DNA of 64,000 bases from Candidatus Poribacteria bacterium (lineage in GTDB: Bacteria; Poribacteria; WGA-4E; WGA-3G), in the NCBI GenBank assembly GCA_965205025.1, contig CBDBFU010000011.1, positions 106,653-170,652 on the forward strand, given 5' to 3'. Within the stretch, counting starts at the first letter, position 1. Each line of letters opens with the position of its first letter. Below the pieces are notes generated by a model. That model was given only the letters and a program-made list of their open reading frames with translations. It did no database searches and was not told the DNA's origin. The translations under genes were made by a program, and so were the position numbers. This document shows, one piece after another, positions 38,480 through 49,264 of this stretch.

Positions 38480-40921
38480 TTATATTATATGATTTTCTGT
38501 TGTTTCTGTTGTATCAGTATATTCTATTGATTGTAATAAATCTTGTTCTTGTCCAATTCTCAGTTGTCGTTCAGCGTCTACTATATCACGATTTATCTTG
38601 CCAATACATCTATTAAGTTTTTCAGTTAATGTGTTGTGTCCTGTCATTGACCTGCGAATCTGACGCAGTTGGTCTATAACTAATCTGAAGGATCTTACAA
38701 AATCCCCATCATCAATATCCGCATATTCGGTTAATTTATCGAATGAGCAACCCCGACTCCATGCTAACATAGCAGTACATAAGCGTGTTTCTAAATATGG
38801 AACTAATTCCGTTACTCTTAGTTTTTCTTCTAATTGCCGTATGTGTATAATTTCATCAGTAGCAGCGCCAAGAATAGATAGCATCTTTTTTTCTTTAAGT
38901 TTCTTAAAGTATCCATCTTTTCGTGGTTCTGATACAATTGTTATCATGAGACAATTAATTTCATCTTCTGTCATTCGTTCAAAAAAACCGCTATACAATA
39001 ATTGGGTTAATTGGAGTTCGTATCCGTAAATATGTGATGCAGTGTTTCCTCGTGGAAGGAGTGTTTCAGATTCAATATAACCAAGTGACTTAAGTACATT
39101 AAGGCGTGCCCCTATTTGGTCCTGATGATAACTTTCTATAGATGTCTGTTTCTTCTTTAGATTTGTAATATACTGTTCATGTTTACGAATTGCTTGATAC
39201 CTACTCAAGCACTGTTTCCGTTGATGACATTCAGTACAAAGGTTTTTTGAAAGCTCACTTTGTAATCTCTTCATCTTGTAGTTAATAGGTTCAAATTTCT
39301 CTTTCCGTTCTTTCTTTCTGGATTTCCCTTTTGGTAAATGTGATTTTAACGTTGCCAATTCTACATACAACCTTTCAAGGGAATTATCCGTATTCCGTTT
39401 TTGTCTATAGTATCCCTCTATCTGTCTCATTGCATCAATGTTATCATGGATGCATGTAGGGAGTGGTAATTGTTCTCGTTTCTTATCCTGTTGGTCAATC
39501 TGTTTTTTTATTTCATGAATTCTTTTATAATTTTGATGGTTACTAAGGCTCATCGTATAGACATCATAAATACCTTCAGCGAATTTCTCATACAAATTCA
39601 GAATGCTTGAATAGGATAAATTAAACTGGCTATTGATGGGTTCTATTGTTTTCGAAACTGCTTTACTTACCTCAGGAAAAGTTGCATATATAGGTTCAAT
39701 TTGTGAATAGACGTATCCGATTTCGTCAATTCCTCGTCTTCCTGCCCTTCCTGCCATCTGGTGATACTCTCGAGCCTTAAGATAACGGAAATTGACTCCA
39801 TCAAATTTTTCAAGACTGTCAAATACAACTGTACAGGCTGGCATATTAATTCCAACAGCAAATGTCTCTGTTGTGAACAGTAGCTGGATCAAACCCGAAG
39901 TAAACAATCTTTCAACAACTTCTTTGAGAGTAGGTAACATTCCTGCATGATGATAAGCAATTCCACATTGTATTAATTCCCGAAAGTCTTCAATTTTCTT
40001 CTCTTCAATAATATCAAACTGTCTACAAAGAGAATCAAATTCCTTTAGAATCAATTCTCTTTTACTTTCCTCAAGAAAATTGGGTTCACCTAATGATGAA
40101 AAATAACGTGCGTTACTTTCACATCTTTTACGACTAAAACAAAAATATAAACAAGGAAGTCTTTTTTCATCATGTAAGTATGGAATTAGTTCTTTCGAAA
40201 GAATACCTTTGGGAATAGTATCTTTATCTATCCTATTTTTTCCACTTGTCTTTTGAGATTTACTATTAGATTTCTTTTTTTTACGACTATTCTTAGCAAT
40301 TCTGCGTAGATCTTTGAGATGTTCTATATTTCCAATACCAAAACCCTGATAGTAAAGATTATGTTCTAATGGAACTGGTCGTTCTAATTCCTCAACAACT
40401 TTGATATCAATATCCCTTACACTTTGCATCCATTCTGCAAAAGATCGAATATTGGGTATAGTAGCACTAAGACTTACGAATTTGATATGTTGTGGAGCAA
40501 AGATAATACTTTCTTCCCAAACAGTACCGCGTTCAATATCATTTATATAGTGAATTTCGTCAAAAATAACATAAGAAACATCTTGTAGTCTTGTAATATC
40601 ATCAAAGATTGTGTTTCTAAATATCTCAGTTGTCATTAATAAGATTTGTGCATAAGGGTTTAGGACGACATCACCGGTAACAATACCGATTCTATCACCA
40701 TATACTGATTGAAAATCTCTATATTTTTGGTTGCTTAGTGCTTTTATTGGAGCGGTGTAGATGACACGGTTGTTGGTTTGAAGACACTTTTCTACAGCAT
40801 ATTCTGCAATAACTGTTTTTCCTGCTCCAGTTGGGGCAGTAACTATCACCGATATATCATGATTAATCGCTTCAATTGCTTCTACTTGAAACGGATCAAG
40901 TTTGAATCCTTTGTATTGCAT
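38480..40921 (-). CDS. Ski2/HelY-like DExH-box RNA helicase
   Basis: APTGAGKT, PIKALSNQK, DEIH, SAT, QMAGRAGRRG, DSHCT-like C-terminus. Confidence 0.92.
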   Translation of the reverse strand: MQYKGFKLDPFQVEAIEAINHDISVIVTAPTGAGKTVIAEYAVEKCLQTNNRVIYTAPIKALSNQKYRDFQSVYGDRIGIVTGDVVLNPYAQILLMTTEIFRNTIFDDITRLQDVSYVIFDEIHYINDIERGTVWEESIIFAPQHIKFVSLSATIPNIRSFAEWMQSVRDIDIKVVEELERPVPLEHNLYYQGFGIGNIEHLKDLRRIAKNSRKKKKSNSKSQKTSGKNRIDKDTIPKGILSKELIPYLHDEKRLPCLYFCFSRKRCESNARYFSSLGEPNFLEESKRELILKEFDSLCRQFDIIEEKKIEDFRELIQCGIAYHHAGMLPTLKEVVERLFTSGLIQLLFTTETFAVGINMPACTVVFDSLEKFDGVNFRYLKAREYHQMAGRAGRRGIDEIGYVYSQIEPIYATFPEVSKAVSKTIEPINSQFNLSYSSILNLYEKFAEGIYDVYTMSLSNHQNYKRIHEIKKQIDQQDKKREQLPLPTCIHDNIDAMRQIEGYYRQKRNTDNSLERLYVELATLKSHLPKGKSRKKERKEKFEPINYKMKRLQSELSKNLCTECHQRKQCLSRYQAIRKHEQYITNLKKKQTSIESYHQDQIGARLNVLKSLGYIESETLLPRGNTASHIYGYELQLTQLLYSGFFERMTEDEINCLMITIVSEPRKDGYFKKLKEKKMLSILGAATDEIIHIRQLEEKLRVTELVPYLETRLCTAMLAWSRGCSFDKLTEYADIDDGDFVRSFRLVIDQLRQIRRSMTGHNTLTEKLNRCIGKINRDIVDAERQLRIGQEQDLLQSIEYTDTTETTENHII

Positions 40922-41202
40922 TAATGCTCCGTTTATAAATAATATAACAAAAATTAGTATATCTAATCTAAGGTAAATTGTCAAGATGGGTATGTAAAGT
41001 TTTTGACATGAATTCCCTTATCTTGTGTTTGGATTACGCGGATTACACGGTTAACGCAGAGAAGATGATAATCGTTTTTTCTAAACTCTGGATACTACAA
41101 ATGCTACTTATACTTTCAAAGTGAGATAAAATACCTAATTATGTTAGATGTATGAACGATGTGATTTGAAAAAGTGTTAATATTTTTTGTTCTGAGATGA
41201 TT

Positions 41203-41612
41203 GCACTTTCACGGAAACCTTCACGGAGCAATTTTACGAACCCTTGTTCTATAAGGGTTTATAATTTTAACTATACCAATTTTCCGTGAATCACATATGT
41301 TAATCGTGTCATAACTTCAATTATCAGGACTAATTAAAAGAAAAGATCTTAGGCATTTGTAATTGAGATTTCACTACTTCATTGTGCCTTTAGATTGCAT
41401 CTCAACAGACAAAGAGGATATGAAAGTCCTATAAGAGATTATCTAAACACATTTGTCCTGTTGGGGTTATTATCCTATATATTTACCTTATTTCAATGAT
41501 TCTCAATAGTTATATTTATGTTATTTTATTGTTGAAAAAAGTTACACTTTTTGTCACACGGTGTGACATTGGTAAAACCTCTCTCCCGTCAGTACTACAC
41601 TGGGTTTAAAGC
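41203..41612. repeat. Inverted counterpart of composite repeat 7385-7835
   Basis: Both end modules are present in mirror order. Confidence 0.75.
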
Positions 41613-41715
41613 CATTTTTTTAATGTCACAAGAATTTGTCACAGTGACGATTTTTGTGTCTTTTTCTATTTTTCTTATCTATTGATTTGACATGTTAGTT
41701 TTCATTAGAAATGTT

Positions 41716-41884
41716 CGGAATCCAGGAATCCAGGAATCAACGGTATGAATGCTATTTAGCATTCCCCGGGTATGAATGCCATAAATCAACGGTATGAATG
41801 CCATTTAGGCATTCCCCGGGCATTCCCCGCCTACAGAAGAGAAGATTGCGTAATTCAACCAATAGGGAGGTTCCGTCCCTACAA
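41716..41884 (-). repeat. REP-like cluster (GTAG family) with 8-bp tandem units and an internal duplication
   Basis: ggaatcca repeats; aatcaacggtatgaatgc duplicated; ...ccccgcctac and ...gtccctac ends. Confidence 0.7.
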
Positions 41885-42225
41885 AGAGGAATTATATTAA
41901 TTAGAAGTATTCTAAATAATGGGATATTCTGTAGTAAAATGAAAAAGTTACACTTTTCGTTACATGGTGTAACTTTGAAAAAACGCTCTAATCCCTGTTC
42001 CAGACTGGATTTATGGCTATTTTCTTGAAATTTAAGAATTTTGATTTTTGTGCCATTTTCGGGTTTTTCTGATTGTCTTGACTTCTGAAGCCATCCGTTA
42101 TTTTTTCTATGTCTGATTGTATTTTTATAAAGATTTTGGATTTTCATTTCTTTTTTCCTATTTATTGCTCTTACGTGATTCTGATAAGACACATTGTAAC
42201 CGGGACTTTTAGTTAATACCAGAGT

Positions 42226-42767
42226 GCACAAACTGGATGAAGATTAATTTTTAAATTCGGTAATCTTAAAGATAAGATCCCGTGCGGTTAGGAAACCGCA
42301 CCTACCGGTTTGGGAAATTAGAATTACCGAAATATTTTCTTAATCTTCATGAAAGTTTGTGCTACAAAGACTATCTTCAGGACAAAATTCTGTTTATCGA
42401 ACTGACATTTGTTATTATCAAACTGGCGTTATTGTAACCTAATGGGTTGTCCATCCTAAAATTATAAGTATCAATAAATCATGTCGCGACCAGGAGGTCG
42501 CTCCTACAAAAAAAACTACTCACAAAATTAACGTGGACAATCCACTAAGTTGCCACCTATTCACTTACATAGCACTCCGCTGGAGTGCGAGAATGTGCCG
42601 ATAGTGTTTTCTATAGACATAGCACTCCGCTGGAGTGTAATACCATTTCTATAAATGATTCTCCCATGATTAGGTGATAGTTGTGTCTTGAAATACCACA
42701 CAAACTGGAAGTTTGTGCTACATTAAAGAGATTCTATTAAAGAGACTTAAATTACCAGAAATGGTGT
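42226..42767. mobile_element. Cluster of nested miniature TIR elements and REP hairpins
   Basis: TIR pairs at 42237-42350, 42440-42547 and 42640-42767, each enclosing a hairpin that ends in CTAC; gcactccgctggagtg occurs at 42572 and 42622. Confidence 0.65.
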
Positions 42768-42794
42768 AAGAATGTCCTGTATGTACGATTCAAT

Positions 42795-43544
42795 TTATGA
42801 GATACCCTGTTGTATGGATTCCTTACTATTCTCGGACATTGTGATTTTATTCAATGTCTGAATAGTTTTGGTAATTGAATTTGTAATCAGGTAAATATCT
42901 CTGGCAGTAATATCTTCTTTTTCCAAAGCACTCTGCATCTGTTTTACATTATCAACTAATACACTAATCTGTTCAGCTGTATTCGTTAAAGGTAGGTTTG
43001 TAGTCAATTCAATTTTCCTACGGCGTGCGTCTCTCCATATCTCTCCATACTTTTGTTCTGGCCAACGTGGATGTCCAGGTTTGAGATGAGCTAACCGTTG
43101 AACTAATGCCCTTCGTATTTTTTTTATTCCTATTGCATCTTCTAATGCTAATCGTCGCATTGCAGGATTTTCCTCTATCATTGTATTTATGGCTTCAGTT
43201 GTAGTACACCCTTGTGCATGATATTCCACAACACTTCTTCGTATATTTTCCACAAAAAAACTGGTGAGATATTTGATTAATATCTGACTAACAATACTCT
43301 GAATAATTTCTATTGTCCCCTCGTCTGACTCTTCAATTGTCTCAATATCCATGATTGATAGAATATTGCTAATAACGTATTCCTGTACGGCTGCAACAAA
43401 TTCGTTAACAACAAGATCGGTATTCTTAGCAAGTCGAAGTATATCCATTATTTTATCTGGAAGATTGTTAATATACTTAATATATTGGACTTCATCTTCT
43501 AACAGCAACGTTCTTAGCTTAGTAGTATGTTCATTGGTTGACAT
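42795..43544 (-). CDS. Hypothetical protein, weakly DUF2280-like in its C-terminal half
   Basis: AAGGAG RBS, 249 aa; HLKP...KYGEIWRDAR...LPLTNTAEQISVL. Confidence 0.65.
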   Translation of the reverse strand: MSTNEHTTKLRTLLLEDEVQYIKYINNLPDKIMDILRLAKNTDLVVNEFVAAVQEYVISNILSIMDIETIEESDEGTIEIIQSIVSQILIKYLTSFFVENIRRSVVEYHAQGCTTTEAINTMIEENPAMRRLALEDAIGIKKIRRALVQRLAHLKPGHPRWPEQKYGEIWRDARRRKIELTTNLPLTNTAEQISVLVDNVKQMQSALEKEDITARDIYLITNSITKTIQTLNKITMSENSKESIQQGIS

Positions 43545-44385
43545 GGTAGTTCTCCTTTATAGGTATTAATATTTTCATAACAAAATATTTAGATGTGAAA
43601 TTTCAAACTGGTCTAAAGTCAGTCTTAGTAAGGGTTTATAGATATTTCTGAAAAATGCGTTATTTTTTATTTTTTTTACTAATTTCATATTCTGCTGTTG
43701 TTTGAACTGTTCTAAACCCTGTTCTGGTATGGGTTTGTAGGCATATCAGAATATGATTTCCTTTTCATAACTGTTATGAAAGTTTCATAACAACTTCTCA
43801 CGACCTGATTTTAATGTGATATATATAGTAACATAATAAAATTTATATGTCAATCAAAAAATCATATATTGTGAGATATATTTTTATTTTATTTACTGAT
43901 ATTAGTAATATGTTATGAGTATATCTACAATATTATATCTTTAGTTGTATTATGGTTTGGTTTTCTTCAATAATTCTTCAATTATTTCTTGGTTGTTGTG
44001 TTTAAGTTGAATTTTTCTATGTGTTAATTCATTTTTTATTTGGGAGCTTATAGGGAAAGATGGCTTATCGTCTGAAATGCGGATTTCACGGATTGCGTGG
44101 AAAAGGTTGAGTTTCTGATTTCCTGTTGCAAGTATAGTGATTTGGTTTCGCAATAAGTAGATACGGGCTTATATATGTATGTGAGGATTTTTTTGTTTGT
44201 TTGTTTAGTATGATGCATTGTATTCTTAGGAAAAAACCGATACCAAAATTGAGTTTTAGACTTGCGAATTATGCATAAGTTCCTTATGATTGTATACATA
44301 ATCAGGGGGCTTCGCACGACACAGATCAAACAACCATAATTCATTCATTGATACCAATGTCAATTTATAACAAATTAAACCTAAC

Positions 44386-45183
44386 TCACTTACCTATCAA
44401 TTGACGAATTTCCCCAGCAGCATAATCTATTAGTTCAATTACATGTCTCTGTTTTATAACAATGCCGAGCCCAAGTATCTGCTCAATCCCAACACCAGAC
44501 ATATTTGCGGGCAAAATTTGAAGTTGTGAATTCTTAACCATCGTTTGACAGATAACACCAAGTAATAAAGCATCATGACCAGACTTAACAAAAACTGGAC
44601 TTCCACTTTGCCCTTTAAACACTTGTGCATCAATAACAACTTCACCTCTACCATTAAAATCTACATCTGGCATTGATGCTATAGTTCCTGTCCTAATCAA
44701 AGGTAGATTGTTTACGGTATCATATCTGTTTTCTGGATAACCAGCAAACATAACATCACTACCTAGAGCGATTGTCCCATAATCTATAGGCTCTAAATTC
44801 CGCTTGTCTAAACATCTAAAATGAACATTTTCATTTAAAAAATCAGTAACATCTAAACATGCTAAATCAATATCTGAATCTGGATGGGGATAATACCTGT
44901 ACCTAAAATCCTCTATAACAAACCCTTCTATATTCCCTAAATCTGGTATTTCATTATCCTTTTTTCGATTCAAAAAGACAGTCAATTCCCTATCCAATTC
45001 AGACATATCTTCTGAACCAAGAATTACATGTTTATTCGAAATCAGCATTAGTTTTTGAAAATTTACATCATTCCAAATAACATCAAGATGGAAAAAGAAA
45101 CCTGTTCCAATTAAAAATTTATCTTCAGATACCTTAACATGAATTTTTGTAGTTAGATACGGTAATTCCTGTTGTAAGCTCAT
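44386..45183 (-). CDS. Trypsin-like serine protease without a signal peptide
   Basis: GTGFFF, SNKHV, DIDLA, GYP and GQSGSPV give the catalytic triad. Confidence 0.88.
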   Translation of the reverse strand: MSLQQELPYLTTKIHVKVSEDKFLIGTGFFFHLDVIWNDVNFQKLMLISNKHVILGSEDMSELDRELTVFLNRKKDNEIPDLGNIEGFVIEDFRYRYYPHPDSDIDLACLDVTDFLNENVHFRCLDKRNLEPIDYGTIALGSDVMFAGYPENRYDTVNNLPLIRTGTIASMPDVDFNGRGEVVIDAQVFKGQSGSPVFVKSGHDALLLGVICQTMVKNSQLQILPANMSGVGIEQILGLGIVIKQRHVIELIDYAAGEIRQLIGK

Positions 45184-45252
45184 TTATAACATCCTTTTTA
45201 TAATAAGTTTGAAAATTATACGCAAGTTCCTTATAATTCGAGACAAATACTA

Positions 45253-45495
45253 ATGAATGGTGTAAAAATGACAGACACACAAAATGACAAATTGGAATAC
45301 CCAAACCTTAGAGAACAAATGGGTGATGAAGCATACGAGAAAATGGTTGAAAAAGTGAATTCAGAGTTCAGGGAATGGCTTGATAAAAGAATTCAAAAAC
45401 GCCTTCAATTTTATAAAGTCATAAACGAAATTGCTCTCTTTGCTGCAAGAATTGTAGACGAACCCCATTGCTGCAAGTGCATCGATAAATGCTGA
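45253..45495 (+). CDS. Small hypothetical protein
   Basis: 80-aa ORF with protein-like composition; overlaps an opposite-strand ORF. Confidence 0.4.
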   Translation: MNGVKMTDTQNDKLEYPNLREQMGDEAYEKMVEKVNSEFREWLDKRIQKRLQFYKVINEIALFAARIVDEPHCCKCIDKC

Positions 45496-45739
45496 ATCTC
45501 GTTTTGCTATTGCCCTGTTATATTTCAAAAACCTAAACTCAGGATATGACTCAGATAAATCATTAAACTTAGTTATACCTTCATCAAACTTTCCTTGAAG
45601 GCATAATACTATTGCTACCCTATTTTGTATTCTCAAACTATCATCTATATAACTATTATCTGTTTTAGTAAAAATATTTATATTCACTGTTAATCAATAT
45701 TTCTTCAGGAAATTTTTCAATCGATTCTTCATTTTCCAT
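45361..45739 (-). pseudogene. Possible frameshifted single-TPR protein
   Basis: MENEESIEKF... after GGAG ends early; the adjacent frame gives the TPR-like NRVAIVLCLQGKFDEGITKF...YNRAIA. Confidence 0.3.
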
Positions 45740-45781
45740 TTTACATATCTCCGTTTCTTACTCAAAAACCACCTATTTGAA

Positions 45782-46642
45782 TCATATCTCATCTATCATA
45801 TTCAACAAGTCCTCTACAAGAATTATGTACTGACATTTTTTATCAAGAATAAGTTCATCATGAAGATTCCATACAGAGACAGTCTTCTCATTTTTTAATC
45901 TGGTATCAGATATATTTGTATGTGTTTTAATATAATCTTTTCCTGTATGAAGAAACCAATCCAATTGAAGATGTTTGAAAATATCTAAATATCCGACATT
46001 TCTACATCCACCATCAACAATTGATCCGCTCCAATCCACCTTAAAAAAAGTTATAAATCCCTCTGGCAAATTATAATTATCTATTTTTCTTACAAGGTTG
46101 AATAAATACTCTATAGATTTAACTGTTTTATTTCCAAAGAGTTTATCTCTTTCTTCAATTCCATCATCAAATTGCATATCACTTTTTAGAATCTTTATTG
46201 TATTTGACACAAGAGGTTTTAGAATTTTGCGGTCATTTTCTCCTATTTCTTTTGATATATTTAGGAATTCTTCCAGCGATATATTTCTAAGATACAAACC
46301 CTGATACTTATAATCTTTATCCGACATTATATCAAGATTCTCTATTACAGAATGATCATGAGTTTTAAAACCTATACGAAATTCTATATGATGCCTTATT
46401 ACATCTATAATTTTTTCTAAAGTAATATCTATATCTTCTCCACCGCCAACTTTATATAGTACAGATGAATTTATATTATTAGATCCATAATCTGGTATTA
46501 CTTCCAATATTTTTTTCAATATGGTTGACACACAATATAAATGAACCTGAACTCTATCTATAGCAAACATTCCAAAAGGCGAAAATTCTTCTACTCTATT
46601 TATTTCATACATTAACTTTTCTCTAAACATTTGTAAATTCAT
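45782..46642 (-). CDS. Hypothetical protein
   Basis: 286-aa ORF with AAGGAG RBS; very AT-rich; no motif recognised. Confidence 0.75.
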   Translation of the reverse strand: MNLQMFREKLMYEINRVEEFSPFGMFAIDRVQVHLYCVSTILKKILEVIPDYGSNNINSSVLYKVGGGEDIDITLEKIIDVIRHHIEFRIGFKTHDHSVIENLDIMSDKDYKYQGLYLRNISLEEFLNISKEIGENDRKILKPLVSNTIKILKSDMQFDDGIEERDKLFGNKTVKSIEYLFNLVRKIDNYNLPEGFITFFKVDWSGSIVDGGCRNVGYLDIFKHLQLDWFLHTGKDYIKTHTNISDTRLKNEKTVSVWNLHDELILDKKCQYIILVEDLLNMIDEI

Positions 46643-47136
46643 TTAGGATAATCTCCTTTATCACAAATCAGTTTAAAACAATTCATTGGCATATATTTCC
46701 AACAAATTATATAATAGGTGGTGAACGGAGAAGATTGCTCGCTCTTTAGGAGTTTTTACTTGTTAAAGTAGACAAAGTATTTAGAAGTAATTCAAGAGGA
46801 GGCAACTCATTCATCTCTGGACAAAGGGTTGAATAAAAGCAACAGCTAAACTGCCTTCCCCTTCAATCTATCTATTAATTATATCCTGTGTCTTTACCGA
46901 TGTCAATTTGATGTCAATTTATAATTGGCATATCAACTGAACGAAATACACGCCCTGTATATAACAGAGGCGTGCGAAAAATATAACCATAAAAACAAGA
47001 ACGTTTTTATAATTGTGAGATCATAAATGAAGTTTAAAAAAATAATTAAGAAACTTTTTAGAAACAAAAAAAAGCAAAAAATACAAGAACAAGTTTTTAG
47101 ACATTCCTTAATGAATCAATAAAACAAAGCAAAAAT

Positions 47137-47358
47137 TCAAGGTGATTTATTTGCCATTGCTTTGTCTGTAAGTTCTTTTAGAAGTTTTTTAGCTGTCACT
47201 AAATTTTCTAAAAAACCACACAGTTCTTGAATTTCCGAAAGAATTTCTTCATAATTTTTCTTATTCTTAGCATCATATTCCAATTCATGAAATTTAGAAG
47301 CAAGAAAAGATGATATTGGATCATCTTCTTGATTGCTTTTAACAACTTTTTCACTCAT
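47137..47358 (-). CDS. Small helical hypothetical protein
   Basis: AAGGGG RBS before ATG 47358. Confidence 0.5.
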   Translation of the reverse strand: MSEKVVKSNQEDDPISSFLASKFHELEYDAKNKKNYEEILSEIQELCGFLENLVTAKKLLKELTDKAMANKSP

Positions 47359-47419
47359 TAGATTCCCCTTCATTCGTGTAAAGCAGACAAACATAAATCT
47401 ACCCGCTTTTAATTATGTT

Positions 47420-48285
47420 TTACTTCAGTATAATCATTTTTCGTATTGCACTGAAGTTACTTGCTTCTAACCTATAAAAATAGACACCGCTGGATACCTT
47501 CTCCCCACCGTGTTTTTTCCATCCCAATAAGCTGCACGATCACGAGTTAGATAATATCCTGGAGCCCGTTGCCCAATATCCAATTTCCTAACAACATTTC
47601 CATTAGCTGCATAAATTGTAAGGACTACATCGGCAGTTTCTGAAAGTTGATAAGGTATCCATGTTTCAGGATTGAACGGATTTGGATAGTTATTCAACAG
47701 TAACGTTTCCATTGGAGCATCAATGCCAAATAACCGATTAAGTGTTGCTATACCCTTATTAACCACATTTGTGGGCAGAGTCTTGTAGGCTTGTTGATAC
47801 TCAAAACCCTTATTTGAAATAGAAGGTGCACCTTCTACTTCGGGCATATCTTCTGTAACCAAAACAATGTCTTTGACATCAACAACACCATCACGATTTA
47901 CGTCTGGATTAGGAAATAGATCACCCGTTATCTTTTCACCATATCTTACTGCAACAAGCACCAAATCAACAATGTTAACGACACCGTCATCATTGACATC
48001 TGTATCCTTTAGACTCACTTCATAAAAAAGTTTGGAATTTGCCAAAACGAAATGATCACAACCCCGACCACGTATAGCCTCTGATACAGATATAGAGAAT
48101 TTCTGCGTTTCAGCAGGAATGTCAACAGATAACATATACTTATTATCTTCATCTTCTACTTTTCCAAGCAATACACCTGAATTATAGATTTCAGCATCAT
48201 CTGCATATAAAGAAAGTTCCACTGAAGCAACCTCAGTATCACCCTCATAATCAGCACAAGAATTAGGTAGATAAAAGATCGCAAT
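47420..48285 (-). pseudogene. 5'-truncated, frameshifted NPCBM-like + dockerin + FlgD/T9SS-like C-terminal domain protein
   Basis: YLPNSC...CDHFVLAN; DVNDDGVVNIVDLV; NYPNPFNPETWIPY. Adding one G in the G-run near 47505 restores GEKVSSGVYFYRL...RKMIILK*. Confidence 0.8.
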
Positions 48286-48422
48286 AAGTAGTTTCGGACT
48301 TGCAATGTTTATTAGGACGTTTGTTTATGTGACTCCTTAAAACATCTTTTTCTTAAGATAGAATTTTGGGCGTGATTAGGTTTTAAGTTTAGTTAAATTA
48401 TAAATGGTGGTATTGTTTTTCT

Positions 48423-48914
48423 TTAACAACTTACTATTGTTGCTATTATTCCAGCAATTCCAAATATTACAGTAACAGCAATCGGATTTAACATTATTTT
48501 TTTTGCTTTTAATCTTGCTTTTAACACATAATGTCGTATAGGAATTATAGGTTTAAATGCATCATACTGTATTCTTTCTATTTCACCCGCATTCCAGTTG
48601 TTTAATATTCGATAACCATCCTCTTGCATTCCACGCCCATAAGAAGAAAATTCAACTAGATCTCCAACATAAATTTTATTAAGTACAATAGGTTCTTCTA
48701 CATTCAATAAATCAACATCTAAACTACATTTCTCAAAATTACTTGGTGGAATTGCTATTTTACATGAATAAACTCTTATGCGTATAATCTCATTAACATT
48801 AATAGACATTTCCCCTTTATGATTAAACCCATTAATTTCAAGAAATTTTGAAATTTCTTTTAAATCCACTGTTGTTTTTATTACCTTGCCTGTATATACT
48901 CTCATTTGTGGCAT
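48423..48914 (-). CDS. Hypothetical protein with a C-terminal TM anchor
   Basis: 163 aa, GGAG RBS, hydrophobic C-terminus. Confidence 0.65.
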   Translation of the reverse strand: MPQMRVYTGKVIKTTVDLKEISKFLEINGFNHKGEMSINVNEIIRIRVYSCKIAIPPSNFEKCSLDVDLLNVEEPIVLNKIYVGDLVEFSSYGRGMQEDGYRILNNWNAGEIERIQYDAFKPIIPIRHYVLKARLKAKKIMLNPIAVTVIFGIAGIIATIVSC

Positions 48915-49081
48915 ATTGTAACTATTGCTCCAGAATTACACTATATATACTTTCGGAATTAATAGATTTGGACTTGGTAGTTTTATTTTTTCAGATTTCT
49001 CACGTCACACCATCGGTGAGAAACTTCTCAAAAATGTTGGTTTCTCGGTAGTTATACTTGTAGCATACTTCTGCGAGATAT

Positions 49082-49229
49082 AATACCATTTTTAATTGAC
49101 AAATTACCATAATATATTGTAGGTCGGGTTGAGGAACGAAACCCGACAGGACACTATAAAAAGTCGGGTTTCGCTACCGCTTCTACCCGATAGACGAATT
49201 AATATAATAATATCATATAGAAATGGCAT
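49082..49229. mobile_element. Miniature element enclosing an inverted GTAG-REP doublet
   Basis: gtaggtcgggttgaggaacgaaacccgac ... gtcgggtttcgctaccgcttctacccga lies between ends related to 42640/42767 (accattt.ta / tagaaatgg). Confidence 0.55.
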
Positions 49230-49264
49230 AAGGACGTGTATCCTGTTGAATAATTCTGAATAAT

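Noticed and set aside
41752-44344. ORFs 41752..42231, 41798..42028, 43950..44153 and 44048..44344
   Set aside because: They overlap repeat modules or AT-rich spacer DNA and show no recognisable features.
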